A DNA stretch of 63,975 nucleotides, the filler included, from Salisapilia sapeloensis CBS 127946 (taxonomy: Eukaryota; Protista; Oomycota), in assembly GCA_023334545.1 (NCBI GenBank). It is 10 parts of 10 records of this genome, joined end to end, with 100 filler letters (N's around TTAATTAATTAA, not from the genome) between each part and the next. Parts side by side here need not be neighbours in the genome. Positions count along the whole stretch, not along the records: positions 48,269 to 50,424 come from JAADVB010000949.1; positions 50,525 to 54,564 come from JAADVB010000695.1; positions 54,665 to 62,853 come from JAADVB010000496.1; 7 more parts are not named here. One strand, given 5' to 3'. The position numbers and the translations under genes were made by a program. The stretch's first letter is position 1. Each line of letters opens with the position of its first letter. The notes beneath the pieces are model-generated. The model did no database searches. It was not told where the DNA came from and saw only the letters and a program-made list of their open reading frames with translations. Positions 48,269 to 59,616 of this stretch are shown here, piece by piece.

Positions 48269-48784
48269 CGCCACGAAATTTATATGCCTACCGATCGATG
48301 TATCCGTGCTCGTTCGCTTTTGAGGATGATCGAGCAGTCAACACTTCGTCCAGAACCGCCTTTGCTTGCGTGCTGAAGAGCTTACACAGAGTAGATGAGA
48401 AGGGCGCTTGGGCTTGACCCGCAGCCCCGACCTCGTGACAGTAGTACATCGCCGACATGAGCCGGTCGATGTCAACGTGCTCCTCCGCACACGCAGCGTT
48501 CAGCTCGGACATCGCAAGCTCCTGCACCGACTCCGCTTTCCTCTCGCACGCACCCAGTAGCTAGTACACTGCCATAAATCACCACGAAGCCACCGCAGCT
48601 TCCGAATCGAACGTACCTCTTGGCGCACACTCATCTCATCACCCCCTCCCGCCTCTCCACAGCTACGCACACCCACACGCATGCTCCGCAAGGCATCGCA
48701 AACTCCGTCCAGCCGCTGCTCCTCCAGTGCCACGTAGAACTCAGTCATGTCCTCCTCGAACGTCATCTTATTCGGGCCTGACAA
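48269..48784 (-). CDS. 5' part of an unidentified spliced gene (3' truncated by spacer)
   Basis: ORFs 48500..48784 and 48288..48527 are GC-rich, coding-like, divergent from the CorA gene; second ends at a GTAGGC donor-like site. Confidence 0.45.
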
Positions 48785-48893
48785 TCCGTAGGTGGATTTT
48801 CGTATACAAAAACGCCGACATTCTGATACGCCGTCAGTGTCTCAGCTGCTGACGCAAGGACGTCTTCAGAAGCTCATTTGCGATTCCGTAGCC

Positions 48894-50424
48894 ATGACAG
48901 CGTACCACGAGACCACTCCTCTGATGTCGAATGCCGGTGCCACGTCTCATTCGCACAGTGACTTGGAGGGCCTCACGTCGGTCCAGCCCGCCCGTCTAGA
49001 CGCCCAGCGCCGTAGCCAGCGTCAGACGGAGTTTCATCTGAGTATCGACAAGGTCGATAGTCTGTACAGTCCAAAGGAGCGTCAGCACCGTGATGCCATC
49101 CATCCTTCGTTTGCAACTGCGGAGGACGAGTTCTCTGTACTCGACCCGTACTTTGACGTGACCGCCGCTCGCCTGCAGTCGGCCTTTGAAGACGCCGAGC
49201 CGGATGGTACCGTATCATTCGCATGTCTATTTATTCACTTGACTCATTCTTTTCATAGACGAGAACAGGCTGTCGTACGAGAGCTTCCGAGTCGCCCTGG
49301 AGTCGGTGGGCATCCGATGCACAGACGACGACGCGTTTGAAAAGCTTGTGCACAGCGTGGACCGTGGCGAGACGGGGCTCATCACATTTGAACAGTTCGA
49401 GCAGGCTACTCAGAAGCTCAAGCTCGTGCATTTACTGGACGAAACGATCGCGAGTCGCTTCATGATGCCGCGTGCACGCGATCCAGCTCCAGGGACCTCT
49501 CAGATCACCGTGTCGGACTTTTCATCGAAGCAGATGCAACAGTTCCATCTCCAGCGGCGTGAGTTCCGAGAGTTTTTCACGAGCAAGAGACCGCAGTGGG
49601 TCTCCGTTCGCTGGGTGAATTTGGATTGCCAAGATTCGCTCAACCTCAAACGCCTCGCCATCAAGTACCGTCTCCATCCTCTCGCAGTAGAAGACACGTT
49701 GGAGATGAACGGCCGGCCGAAATTTGATCACTACGACGACCATTTGTTCCTGGCTGTGCCGGTGTTGACTCTCGAGACTGGAGACGGATTCAAGAAGCAG
49801 AGCAGTGGGGCGTTGCATACCAAGCGTTCGAGTGGCGATCGGCTGTCCCAGCTTGTGAATCGAGAAAGAAGCCAATCGGGTGGTGTGCTGCCTAGCGACG
49901 AACCCTTTAGAGTGACTGTCGACTACGTCGCAATCTTCGTTGTCGGGGATAACACCGTGATCACCGTCGATGGTGGGAACACCCATCACGTGTTCCAGGA
50001 GCTGACGCGCAGGCTGACGGTGCCGTACTCCAAGCTGCGGCACAACGACGCCAAGTTCTTGGTCTATGCCGTCCTGGATGTGATCGTGGACCACATCACC
50101 AAGGTCGTGGACGATATCACAGACCACTTGATGGGACTCGAGGACGACCTATCGAATGAGAAACACAAATTCGACATTACCCGCACGAGACACGTGAAGA
50201 ACGAGGTATTCCGTTTGCCCCAGCTGCTGAAGCCGATGAAGGAGATGCTGAAGAACCTCATGGACAGCAGTGACTTCGACCAGAATTCGACGCTGTACAT
50301 TCGCGACGTGCACGATCACGTTGCCCAGGTGCTAGACTCGATCGGTCTGCAGCTGCACATGGTTCGGCTGATGAACGAGGATCATCGAGATTCTCGCGCG
50401 AACCACATGAATTACGTCATGTAC
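48894..50424 (+). CDS. CorA-family Mg2+ transporter with N-terminal EF-hand-like pair (3' truncated); intron 49207..49258
   Basis: VRWVNL, KYRLHPLAVEDTL, RPKFDHYDDHLFL, FLVYAVLDVIVD, YIRDVHDH, ANHMNYVM leading into the missing TM segment; upstream DENRLSYESF and DRGETGLITFEQF. Confidence 0.85.
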
Positions 50425-50524
50425 NNNNNNNNNNNNNNNNNNNNNNNNNNNNNNNNNNNNNNNNNNNNTTAATTAATTAANNNNNNNNNNNNNNNNNNNN
50501 NNNNNNNNNNNNNNNNNNNNNNNN
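50425..50524. other. Artificial contig spacer
   Basis: 44 N + TTAATTAATTAA + 44 N. Confidence 0.98.
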
Positions 50525-50860
50525 AAGAGCGAGCTCGTGATCTACTGGCTTGCGGTGCACATGCCGCCATGGCAGGTGTACGGTGACTGTGCCAACCTCG
50601 CCGGTGCAAAGGTGGGCGGTGAAGCCGACGCGGAGGACTCGAATGCAACGATGCCTGCCCCGCCAGCCAACCAGGGCGGTGATGCCAACCAAGCGGAAGG
50701 TGGAAACCAAGGAGGCAACGGCGGTGACTACGGTCCTCCGGCCGGTAATGATGCCCCCACCACGGGAGGTGACGATGCCACGGCTAATGGAGGCGATGAC
50801 GCCATGGCCACCGGAGGTGATGACGCCAAGCCGGTTGGCTGCAAGGCGAAGAGATCGTAA
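50525..50860 (+). CDS. C-terminal part of a probable AA17 lytic polysaccharide monooxygenase (5' truncated)
   Basis: ELVIYWLAVHMPPWQVYGDC matches the recalled oomycete AA17 pattern FYWLALH..WQVY..C, followed by a G/D/A/N-rich disordered tail with GGDDA repeats. Confidence 0.6.
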   Translation, partial: KSELVIYWLAVHMPPWQVYGDCANLAGAKVGGEADAEDSNATMPAPPANQGGDANQAEGGNQGGNGGDYGPPAGNDAPTTGGDDATANGGDDAMATGGDDAKPVGCKAKRS

Positions 50861-51829
50861 GATGTTTGTGGAATTTCAGCTTAAAGAGTTGAATACATTT
50901 GTGTTTAGTTCTGAAGGAAGTGCATTATTGTTTGATTCTTGCTTGTCCTGAGTTCAGAATAGAATAGATGCTTGGTGCGCTTGGATTCTGCTGGAGAGTT
51001 TCAAGTATCACCTTTGGTTTCATGTCAAGTACAAGCCAGAACTGTATGTCTCGTTTCATTCAAGTTAGTTTGATAAAGGTTTGCGCTGTCGCTTTCGATG
51101 GCAGGATCAGCCTTCACCAAGATATTTTTGGCGAAAGAAACGAAATGGAAGAATGAGGCATTCTCTATAAGTATGTAATTCGACCAAGGTTACCACTGCA
51201 ATGCGTGGCAGAAGTTGGAATGTTTGGCATACCGCATCTTGCACATACTACGGATGTAGGTGAGGATGATCCTAAAGGACAAGATAGATAGACATTCTCG
51301 AGAAGTCCGTAATGGAGCAGATCAACCCGCGTACATTGACGTGACCCAATCCCTTATGGACAGCTTTAAATATGTAGTGGAATGGGATGCGATGGGAGTC
51401 GTTCATGGCACTATTCCGCTACTTTTGAGGCAACATTGAGCTTTCGTTGTAAGTGGCTTTCGATTTTAAAGTTCCTATCAAATTGTCTCGTGGGTTGTCA
51501 TCATCACAGGTGTAGATAGAAAGCTTCTGTTCAGACATGTAAGAAGACGACTCCAAGGCAATCAAGAGGCAAAATCTACGGCCAATATGCCATCTTTGAC
51601 AGCTTACCCGCCGAATAGTTTCCTTATTAAAAAGTAATCGATAGACGTAGGGTGGTCTGGAGAGAGCATGGTCGCCGTTACGACGAATGGAATGGTAAAC
51701 GAGAATCGCGGATGAGGTGCTGACACCGTACGATTTTACTAAACGAATACGCTGTCATCAGCTATAATAGTTCAAAAGCTTTAGACTGTCTTGAATCCAA
51801 AGACAAACTTTTATTCTCTAGATTTCGAC

Positions 51830-53687
51830 CTAAGCCACAGCTTGGTATCCATTTTGACGACGTTTCCACGCGGTCAGAGCAAACGCAACTGCTGCGACTA
51901 CTACGGCGAAGCCTGCAGCGATGAGTATCCAGAAAGTATAGCTATGCTCTTCAGAGGTAGTGGAGGATGGATTGATATCATGACGCGATCCTTTCAGGAT
52001 CTCGCTTCTAGGGGCGTCTAGTAGCTCCTGCGTCATGCACTTGGTTTTGGATAAATTCGCAAACCACTTGGCTGCAGGGCGCGGAATGCGCTTCAGGTCA
52101 GAAGCCTTCGGTTCATAAATCTCATGTGAGCCAACTTGTGGCGGGAAGTCGACATAGTACAGACCGAAGCGTGGCTCAAAGGACCCCCATTCCTATTGCA
52201 TGTAAAGGTGAGCAAGTCATTTACCTTGTAGATATGGATGAAAGCATACATAATTGTCCAGAAGCGACCATGCAGTGTATCCGATGATCGGGATGTTCTC
52301 TTCGTAGATGGCTTTGTGCACCTGGTCGAGGTACGCCTGGTAGTACCATAATTGAGTGGTACTCTCGACAACATCATTGCCACAGTATCCATTTTCAGTC
52401 AGTAGGATATCTGCCTCCGGGTCAAACGAATGCGTGTACTTGATAATTTGCATGTAACCTTCGGGATAAGCGGCCCATGCATCACAGTTTTGGTCGCCTT
52501 TTCGGCTTTTCGCGGCCATGACGGACCCTTCAGGGAACCGCGTCCTCCAGTCTACTCCCACATCCTTGTCGAATCCAGGCAGAAGATCCTCACATTTGAT
52601 TTCTGACGTCGGAGAGTCACAATCGGTAACCAATGATGACGTGTAATGGTTCACCATGAAAAGGTCGTACGATCCCTTTAAAAGAGCCTTCTCTTCCGGA
52701 GTGAATTGAGGGAGGCGGTGGCCAATACGTTCTCGCATGACAGCAGGATATTCACCCGTCGTAATGGGGCTGAGCCACCAACCAATCCAGAAAGTGTTTA
52801 ATCGCTCGGCAGCGTCAACGTCATCTTCGTTGTTTGGGTCAAGAGGGTAGGCTCCATTCATGGGAATCACAATGCCTATGCGAGCATCGTCTCGGACGAC
52901 ACCAGCAGTTTTGAGGTTGCGGAAGTTGTCCACAGCCGCGGCATGCGAAAGCAAGATATGGTGCGTGGCAACGTAAGCATCCGTGTCTGAGCCAGACATA
53001 CCCGGAGCCTTGCGACCAGTGCCGTACCCAAAGTATGACGTGACGATAGGCTCATTGAACGTAGTCCAGTACTTTACTTTTTGCCCAAATTCGTGTAGGA
53101 TGAGAGTGGCGTATTCTTCGTAATGAAGGGTAATCTCCGGGTTAAGCCAGCTTACCGGCGAAAGCTCCGTGTGCAATTCAGATGGAAGGTCCCAGTGGTA
53201 GATCGTGAGGATTGGCTCAATGTTGTTCGCGTTGAGTCTGTCGACTAGGGCGTGGTAGAACTTGATTCCCTCTGGATTGGGCTTCATTCGCCTGCTCTCA
53301 GGGTCCCAGTTCATCACACGAGACCAGGAAATGGAGAACCGGAAGGTGTCATGGCCGTCTGCTATCATCATTTCAATATCCGAGGCGTAGCGATGGAAGA
53401 AGTCATCAGCAACGTTAGCACATGCCCTGTCCTCCTTTTCGCGACAAAAGCTAGAAACATAAGTACATTAGATACATGTATTGACCTATGAAGAATAGCA
53501 AGACGTACTCATCCCAGATACTCGGGGTACGTCCACCCTCTTCTACAGCTCCCTCGACTTGATAAGATGCTGTAGCGGAACCAAAGAGAAAGTTACCAGG
53601 GAAGCATTTCGTTTCTTCCGAAGCAGCGGTCGCTGATATGAGTGCAGCCGTGGCAGCAAGTGCCAATTGCCACACGCGTCGGAACAT
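51830..53687 (-). CDS. Glycoside hydrolase family 1 beta-glucosidase with signal peptide and C-terminal TM anchor; exons 53509..53687, 52250..53450, 51830..52192
   Basis: [37 protein letters not shown] (acid/base), LLTENG (nucleophile), AWSLLDNY|[12 protein letters not shown]; hydrophobic [20 protein letters not shown] then KRR. Confidence 0.93.
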
Positions 53688-54564
53688 TCTTACAACGTCC
53701 GAGTTCTGAACTCTCCTCGGCAAAAGCTAGAATGAACTCAGCGTACCGAATGCGCAAGTAGAAGCAATCATATATGCCGACATTGCAGATACTTGGGTCG
53801 TCTACAATCCGTGTTTGAACTGTGCATAAAATGGGATGTGACTCAGCCACATCGACTGCAACTCAATTGGGAAGACTGATGATCCCTCTGGGAAAATGTC
53901 GAAACCAGTACTGTTGGAAACTGATTTGTTTCTAACCGGATGTTGCTTTCAACGTCCGAATTACCAGATTAAAGCTTTGATTAGACGATACGCTTCCGCC
54001 AAGGCGTATCTAATACCGATAGGGTCACTTTTACTTTCAATCATCTTAAAACTAATGTTATATTATTGCATTATTTTGGACACTACATCGTGAAGAGTCG
54101 CAATCGAGAAGACTTCAACTTGCCAACTTTAATCAAGCTACATGAATGCATGTAAAAGTAGTTTCGAAACTACCATAGATATAACCTTTGATTTAATATA
54201 TTTTTACTTTTACTTTCACATCCGACCCCTCAGATCGCCATTGGTCTAACGGGAAGCTACATGAATGTATCCCAAGCTGGGGTAACATTCCGGATCTTGA
54301 AGTGGGTCCTTGTATTGGAGCATGTGATACAAATACAAAGGTACAAGGAACAGGAATGGTCGTTAGACCTTTCCATACTAAGAAGAAGATTAAGGAGATT
54401 ATATTTGTAATGGGCTAATAATTACATGGGACACAATGACAATTGTTCCCGATGATTTCGTACACATACATACGAAGTGAGGCGGAAGTGATGATGCACG
54501 CGTCATCATTCCGATTGCCAGAGGCTAATATGTTGAAGCCGTTATCAGGAGAAGTCAGAAAGTC

Positions 54565-54664
54565 NNNNNNNNNNNNNNNNNNNNNNNNNNNNNNNNNNNN
54601 NNNNNNNNTTAATTAATTAANNNNNNNNNNNNNNNNNNNNNNNNNNNNNNNNNNNNNNNNNNNN
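54565..54664. other. Artificial contig spacer
   Basis: 44 N + TTAATTAATTAA + 44 N. Confidence 0.98.
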
Positions 54665-56435
54665 CACGTCGAAACGACCGGTCTCCACCGCCAGACCGCC
54701 GCTCGTACTCACACCGGCGATGAAAGAAAGACGCAACTCGTAGCCACAGTACCCATCTACTTCATCAGTGAATCCGATATACTTTCATCCGTCAGCGCCG
54801 TTGCACGAGCAAGTTGACAAGTTGGTTCAGTACAGTCATTCATGTGTGGTTGTACTCGTTATCTTCTTATCTCGCTTTTGCAAGTCGAGTACGATTTAAA
54901 ATGGAATGGCGGCGCTTTACATTACTCATTTAAGTTTCTATACTCGATGTATCCTTCCTATGTACAATAGACAGCGGAGAGAGACGGCGTATGCGTTATA
55001 GAGATGGCTTTGAGCTATCTCAACTAACAAGCAGAGTACCTCGTCGTACCGGTAGACAGAGGCTCACGCAATGGATCGAGTTACAGCTACCAGCAGCTTT
55101 CGTATCATCGAGCATATCGAGAGTGAATACTCGTCGGGAAACGCATACTTCGCTTCGTGGACGATTGAGAAGCTGGTGTACAAGTGAGTTGGCGTCGTTG
55201 CCTCGAATAGTGCAAGAGGTGACAAGACAGTTCTGTCGACTACAGTTCTTCCGCCGAGTTTATACAGAAGCTCCATGGGGAACAGGTGTGATAAACAGAG
55301 GAGAAGAATGCGCAGGTGTTAGAGATGTTGGTGCAGTTTAAAAGGCGCGTATAAGTCCTTTATTTGAACCACGTCAGCAGCACTTGCCTTTGCACGACTT
55401 GCTTTTGCACGAGTTTCAAGTATCTATACTGGAGCGATCGTCTCATCCTTCATCATTAATACCTGCCACGCACAGAAGCGCAGGATATGGCGGAAAGCTA
55501 TTTCTTTCGAGCGAAACAAACGATCAAAGTAAACGAGCTCCGGACACAGAAAACTACTTCTCTTCTACTTCTAAAGGCATAAAGACAAGAACACTTTTAG
55601 ACCATACATCCGACTCATTTGAGATGATACAGCCATCAATCCAGATCTCTGCAAACAGATTACCACTTTGATCAGATACATGAGAGTGGTAATGGCCAGC
55701 GATCAGACTCCTGTGGAAGGAGCATGAGCACAGGCGCTTGCACGACTGTCATTCGTAGCTGAAAGTATGTTGGTGCACAACTGATACTGATCTTGAAGGC
55801 ATTCAGTTCGAGACGAAAACTCCATTTGTCATCGTCTGGCAATCGACCATCAAGTAGTAGCCAGAGCCATGGCAATTCCATGACTTGAACAATACAATCG
55901 TCCCGTCGATAGGCAACTCTAGAAAGGCAGCAGTATCTTTACATTCCGCTCGCATTACTGCTCTTGCCTTCCCGGCCTCTGCAGCAAAGGATGGCAGTCC
56001 GCTACATGCGAAGAGGTGCTAATGGATGCTGTGTGCAATTGAACTAAAGACCAGTCGATCGGTCGTAGAAGATATTTCGCTCATGAGAAAAGTTTTGTGC
56101 ATGTAAATGTTGTGGATTGAGCTACAAAACGTACGACGTGTCTGTCGACAGAGTATCATATCAAGGAAGACTGCAAATCTATTCTACACCTTTGCAACCG
56201 TCCGGGATTTATGCATCTGTAGCACGCGATCGACAACCGAACGACACGTGATTGCCACCAATACTGTCTATATGATACTTTCAAGCAGATAGTTTGTCAC
56301 TGCGCCATACAACGCCTATTCTCACCGGCTCCTATAGACAAGTCACACGGTACACCTCTATCGGACCAGAACGCTAGTCAGCGTTCGCTCGTTCCTCCTC
56401 TTGCGAAGGGCTCATTTCCACACATCGAGTCGCAC

Positions 56436-57705
56436 ATGAGGACATCAGCATTGCTAGCATCCGTGGCGGTCGCGACGGTCACGACCACTGTGATGGCCGA
56501 CGATGCATCCGAACTATGTAATTCAATCACAACTTGCCTTCGGAATGGCAATGCAGAGTGTAACCCGGCGACTGGGTCCTGTCCGCCGTGCATCTACGAA
56601 CTCACAGACAAGTATACTTGCTGGGAGAAGAGCGACGACTCGGACGAGTGTCCATTCCAAGGCACCTTGGCCGACTGCTGTAAGCATACTTACATACAAT
56701 CGGTTGACAACGCCACTAATAAAATTGTATGACAATAGCGGAGACTTGGGGTTACGCTACTTCACAAACTACTTCTTCATCGAGTAAGACGGAAGGAAGT
56801 ACCATGGAAAACAAAGGCGACAAGAATGAATCGACTGGAACTGGCTCGGTGGATGCTACGGCTGATCCTACCGGTTCTGATTCTGCGAATGGCTCTGGAA
56901 GCGAAGAAGCGGTCTTATTCGGTCTGAGCATGACGATGCTCATCGTGATCGGCGTCTCCATTGTTGTTGTCTTGATCGTTCTTATTGCTTGCGTCTGCCT
57001 CTGTCGTCGTCGTCGTCGTCGTGCCGTTTCCAAGCAGCAGCATGACGTTGCTGGCTTTGCTCCTGCTCGCGCCAAAGGTGTGCCTTATGAAAACGACGTG
57101 GGCTATAACAACCATCTCGACTCGACCAAGTACCAGGAAAAGAACCCTCAGAGTATGTCTTCCTCTCCTCCTCCATTCCTACTAGTACTTACTCTACGAT
57201 AGACGGCGCATCTGATATGGGCGGTATGCCACGTGGGAAGCATTCTCCAGTGATGCTGTATCATGAGCAAGGTGACAAGGCAGCAGCTCACATGAATGGC
57301 GGCAGTCCAAGTCGAAGCAGCCGAAGCGGATCATCGACCGTACCATCTTCTATGAACGACGTCACGAGGGACGTGTCGATCCGGTGCACTCAGAACGCCA
57401 ATGTCTTTGACGAGTACTTGCGTATGAAGAAAGAGATGAAGTACGACCGAGAGTCTGTCGGAGCACCAAGTGATTTAAGTGATTTGGAAGGTGGTAGCGT
57501 CAGTATGCACAAGTTCTCGCTCGACTCGACTGCGACGGCAAATCGCCATGACTTTGGCTACTCGATCACGGACTCGGAGTACGCAGAAGCGATGAGCATT
57601 CGTGGCGAAAGTGAGTGCTACAGTGAGCTATCGATTAATGACGAGAAGTACAGTTTTGCCGAGAGCGAGACGGCTCGAAAGACCGAACGCGAGGTGGAGA
57701 TCTAA
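56436..57705 (+). CDS. Single-pass membrane protein with Cys-rich ectodomain, 3 exons
   Basis: Signal peptide MRTSALLASVAVA, Cys-rich domain including CPPC, intron 56680..56738, Ser/Thr linker, TM helix then CRRRRRR, second intron near 57152..57201, acidic Ser-rich tail. Confidence 0.75.
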
Positions 57706-57837
57706 GGAAGGAGCAATGTGCAGGCCGTAGCTTGGTGTATGTATACATGGAAAAGTTGGACCGAAGATAGGCCATACGAGATGTTGAAAGGAATGACATG
57801 AAAAAAACTGAAAACAAACAACTTGGGTGGTGCATCA

Positions 57838-58524
57838 CTATACGTCTGCTCCTTTCTCACTCTTTTCTCTCGCCTGCTTACTCACGTTCTCATTCGACCA
57901 CGCAAGCAGTTCTTCCGAAAATATGTCCATCACTTTTTGATACACTCGAGCACGAAATCGCTGTCGCTCATCACCTTCCAAAAACGAAGGCAAAGGTAAC
58001 GTTATAGCGTCCAGGTCGGACGATGGGTAAGTTAAAGCCTCTTCTTGAGCATTCGTCGTGGCAGGGAGAGTATCGCCGTGACCAGGCTGCAAGTCACCGT
58101 GATGAACTCTACCATCCAAATGAGGTGATCCGTTGGCCACCATCTCTTGCTTTGGTGCTACGGCTTTCAATCGCTTTCGCTCTGGCTGCCTCGTGCATTG
58201 GGAACTGTCTTTATTGGCTTCAGACAGCCTCGCGAGACGGCGCTTTGTGTCTAGTCTGCGCTGATGCTCATTCTGTCTGTTACGATGCAATTCACACAAG
58301 TTATGCGGCTCCCCGGATGGCTTCAATGCGCGTTCATTAAAGCACTTGCCCGTCTTGTATAGACAATGGCCTCGGAAGTTTGGACCAGGGCCACGGTGTT
58401 CTGTATTTGCGACCATACTAGTGTATTCTTGCTCTTCTGTAGCTTCCGATCGCTGGGTTTCTACCTTGGTAGACGCCATCGGCTGCTCATTCCCGCTCGT
58501 CGAAGCTCGCATCGGCGTGCCCAT
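57838..58524 (-). CDS. Hypothetical protein with C-x6-C-x15-C-x2-H motif and basic helix
   Basis: CLYKTGKCFNERALKPSGEPHNLCELHRNRQNEHQRRLDTKRR; 228-aa ORF. Confidence 0.7.
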   Translation of the reverse strand: MGTPMRASTSGNEQPMASTKVETQRSEATEEQEYTSMVANTEHRGPGPNFRGHCLYKTGKCFNERALKPSGEPHNLCELHRNRQNEHQRRLDTKRRLARLSEANKDSSQCTRQPERKRLKAVAPKQEMVANGSPHLDGRVHHGDLQPGHGDTLPATTNAQEEALTYPSSDLDAITLPLPSFLEGDERQRFRARVYQKVMDIFSEELLAWSNENVSKQAREKSEKGADV

Positions 58525-58773
58525 CAGTTGTCCTCAGATTCTCAGGAAAATCTGGGCTCCTCAGACTCAATTAGTGGCTACTAAAGAAATACTTTGTTTC
58601 GTTGCAATTATAGTCATTTTAGTACAAGTTCAATATCAAATGTGGATCGATGACCGGTAACTTGGACACGAATTGGAAAAGCACAACAAGAACATGTATT
58701 TTTGTTTGGGTTGCATGATGAATGAAAATGTGAAGTATGATCAGCCATGTGATCTGAAAGTTGGAAAAGCTGC

Positions 58774-59616
58774 TTACTTGGAGCAATCATCTCCGTCGTT
58801 GTTGTCCGCATCAGTCTCCGCGTCCGAGCTGGCATCAGCGTTACCGTTGCCATTGGTGTAACCTGAACCATCAGCGTTACCGGACGCGTTCTCATCGGCA
58901 CCGCCATCGACACCGCCGTCAACACCGCCATCGACACCACCGTCAACACCGCCGTCAACGCCTCCATCGACACCACCGTCAACGCCTCCATCGACACCGC
59001 CGTTCGCACTGCCGTTGGCGCTACCTCCAGCGTAACCGTTGGCACCGCCATCGACACCGCCGTCAACACCGCCCTCGACACCGCCATCGACACCACCGTC
59101 AACACCGCCGTCAACACCACCGTGTGCTCCACCATCAATACCACCGTAGCCTCCGCCGCCGAAACCTCCGTTTCCCCATCCGCCGAAACCTCCGTTTCCC
59201 CATCCACCGAGACCTCCGTTTCCCCATCCGCCGAGACCTCCGATGCCCCATCCGCCGAGACCTCCGTGAGCTCCGCCTCCGATTCCTCCATTAGCACCTC
59301 CACCGATGCCACCATTTGCTCCACCGTCGACACCTCCGTTCGCGCCGCCATCAACTTCAAAGTCAGTGCCACCGTCGACTCCACCATCAGCGCCACCATA
59401 GGCATTACCTTCTGCACCGCCGTTATATCCTCCATACGCACGACCGAAAAGTCCAGCGTGATGACCAGTGTAGGCACGTCGGAACAAGCCCTTGTTGTTG
59501 TACGCATTGCTGGGCTGGTAGTTTTGCTTGCTGCCGCGAAGTCCAAACGTTGCGTCTGCGTCCTTGACAGCCAAAGCCGTTACGGCGAGCAGGATAATCG
59601 ATGCTACGCGAACCAT
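58774..59616 (-). CDS. Secreted glycine-rich repeat protein
   Basis: Signal peptide MVRVASIILLAVTALA; GGVD (12-bp) and GGLGGWGN/I (18-bp GLGGWG-type) tandem repeats; acidic C-terminus. Confidence 0.8.
   Translation of the reverse strand: MVRVASIILLAVTALAVKDADATFGLRGSKQNYQPSNAYNNKGLFRRAYTGHHAGLFGRAYGGYNGGAEGNAYGGADGGVDGGTDFEVDGGANGGVDGGANGGIGGGANGGIGGGAHGGLGGWGIGGLGGWGNGGLGGWGNGGFGGWGNGGFGGGGYGGIDGGAHGGVDGGVDGGVDGGVEGGVDGGVDGGANGYAGGSANGSANGGVDGGVDGGVDGGVDGGVDGGVDGGVDGGVDGGADENASGNADGSGYTNGNGNADASSDAETDADNNDGDDCSK

Noticed and set aside
48894-53687. CorA, AA17-like and GH1 genes as a functional cluster; likewise a calcium-gene cluster across the window
   Set aside because: CorA is separated from the others by an artificial spacer, and the calcium-related genes lie on different contigs. 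AA17-like and GH1 do share a contig, but two genes are not evidence of a cluster.
54665-56400. Several 60-116 aa ORFs between the spacer and the Cys-rich membrane gene
   Set aside because: No recognisable motifs or consistent exon chain; left unannotated.
58890-59260. Short tandem repeats as a possible CRISPR array
   Set aside because: Eukaryotic context; 12-18 bp units with no unique spacers, in frame with a Gly-rich CDS.
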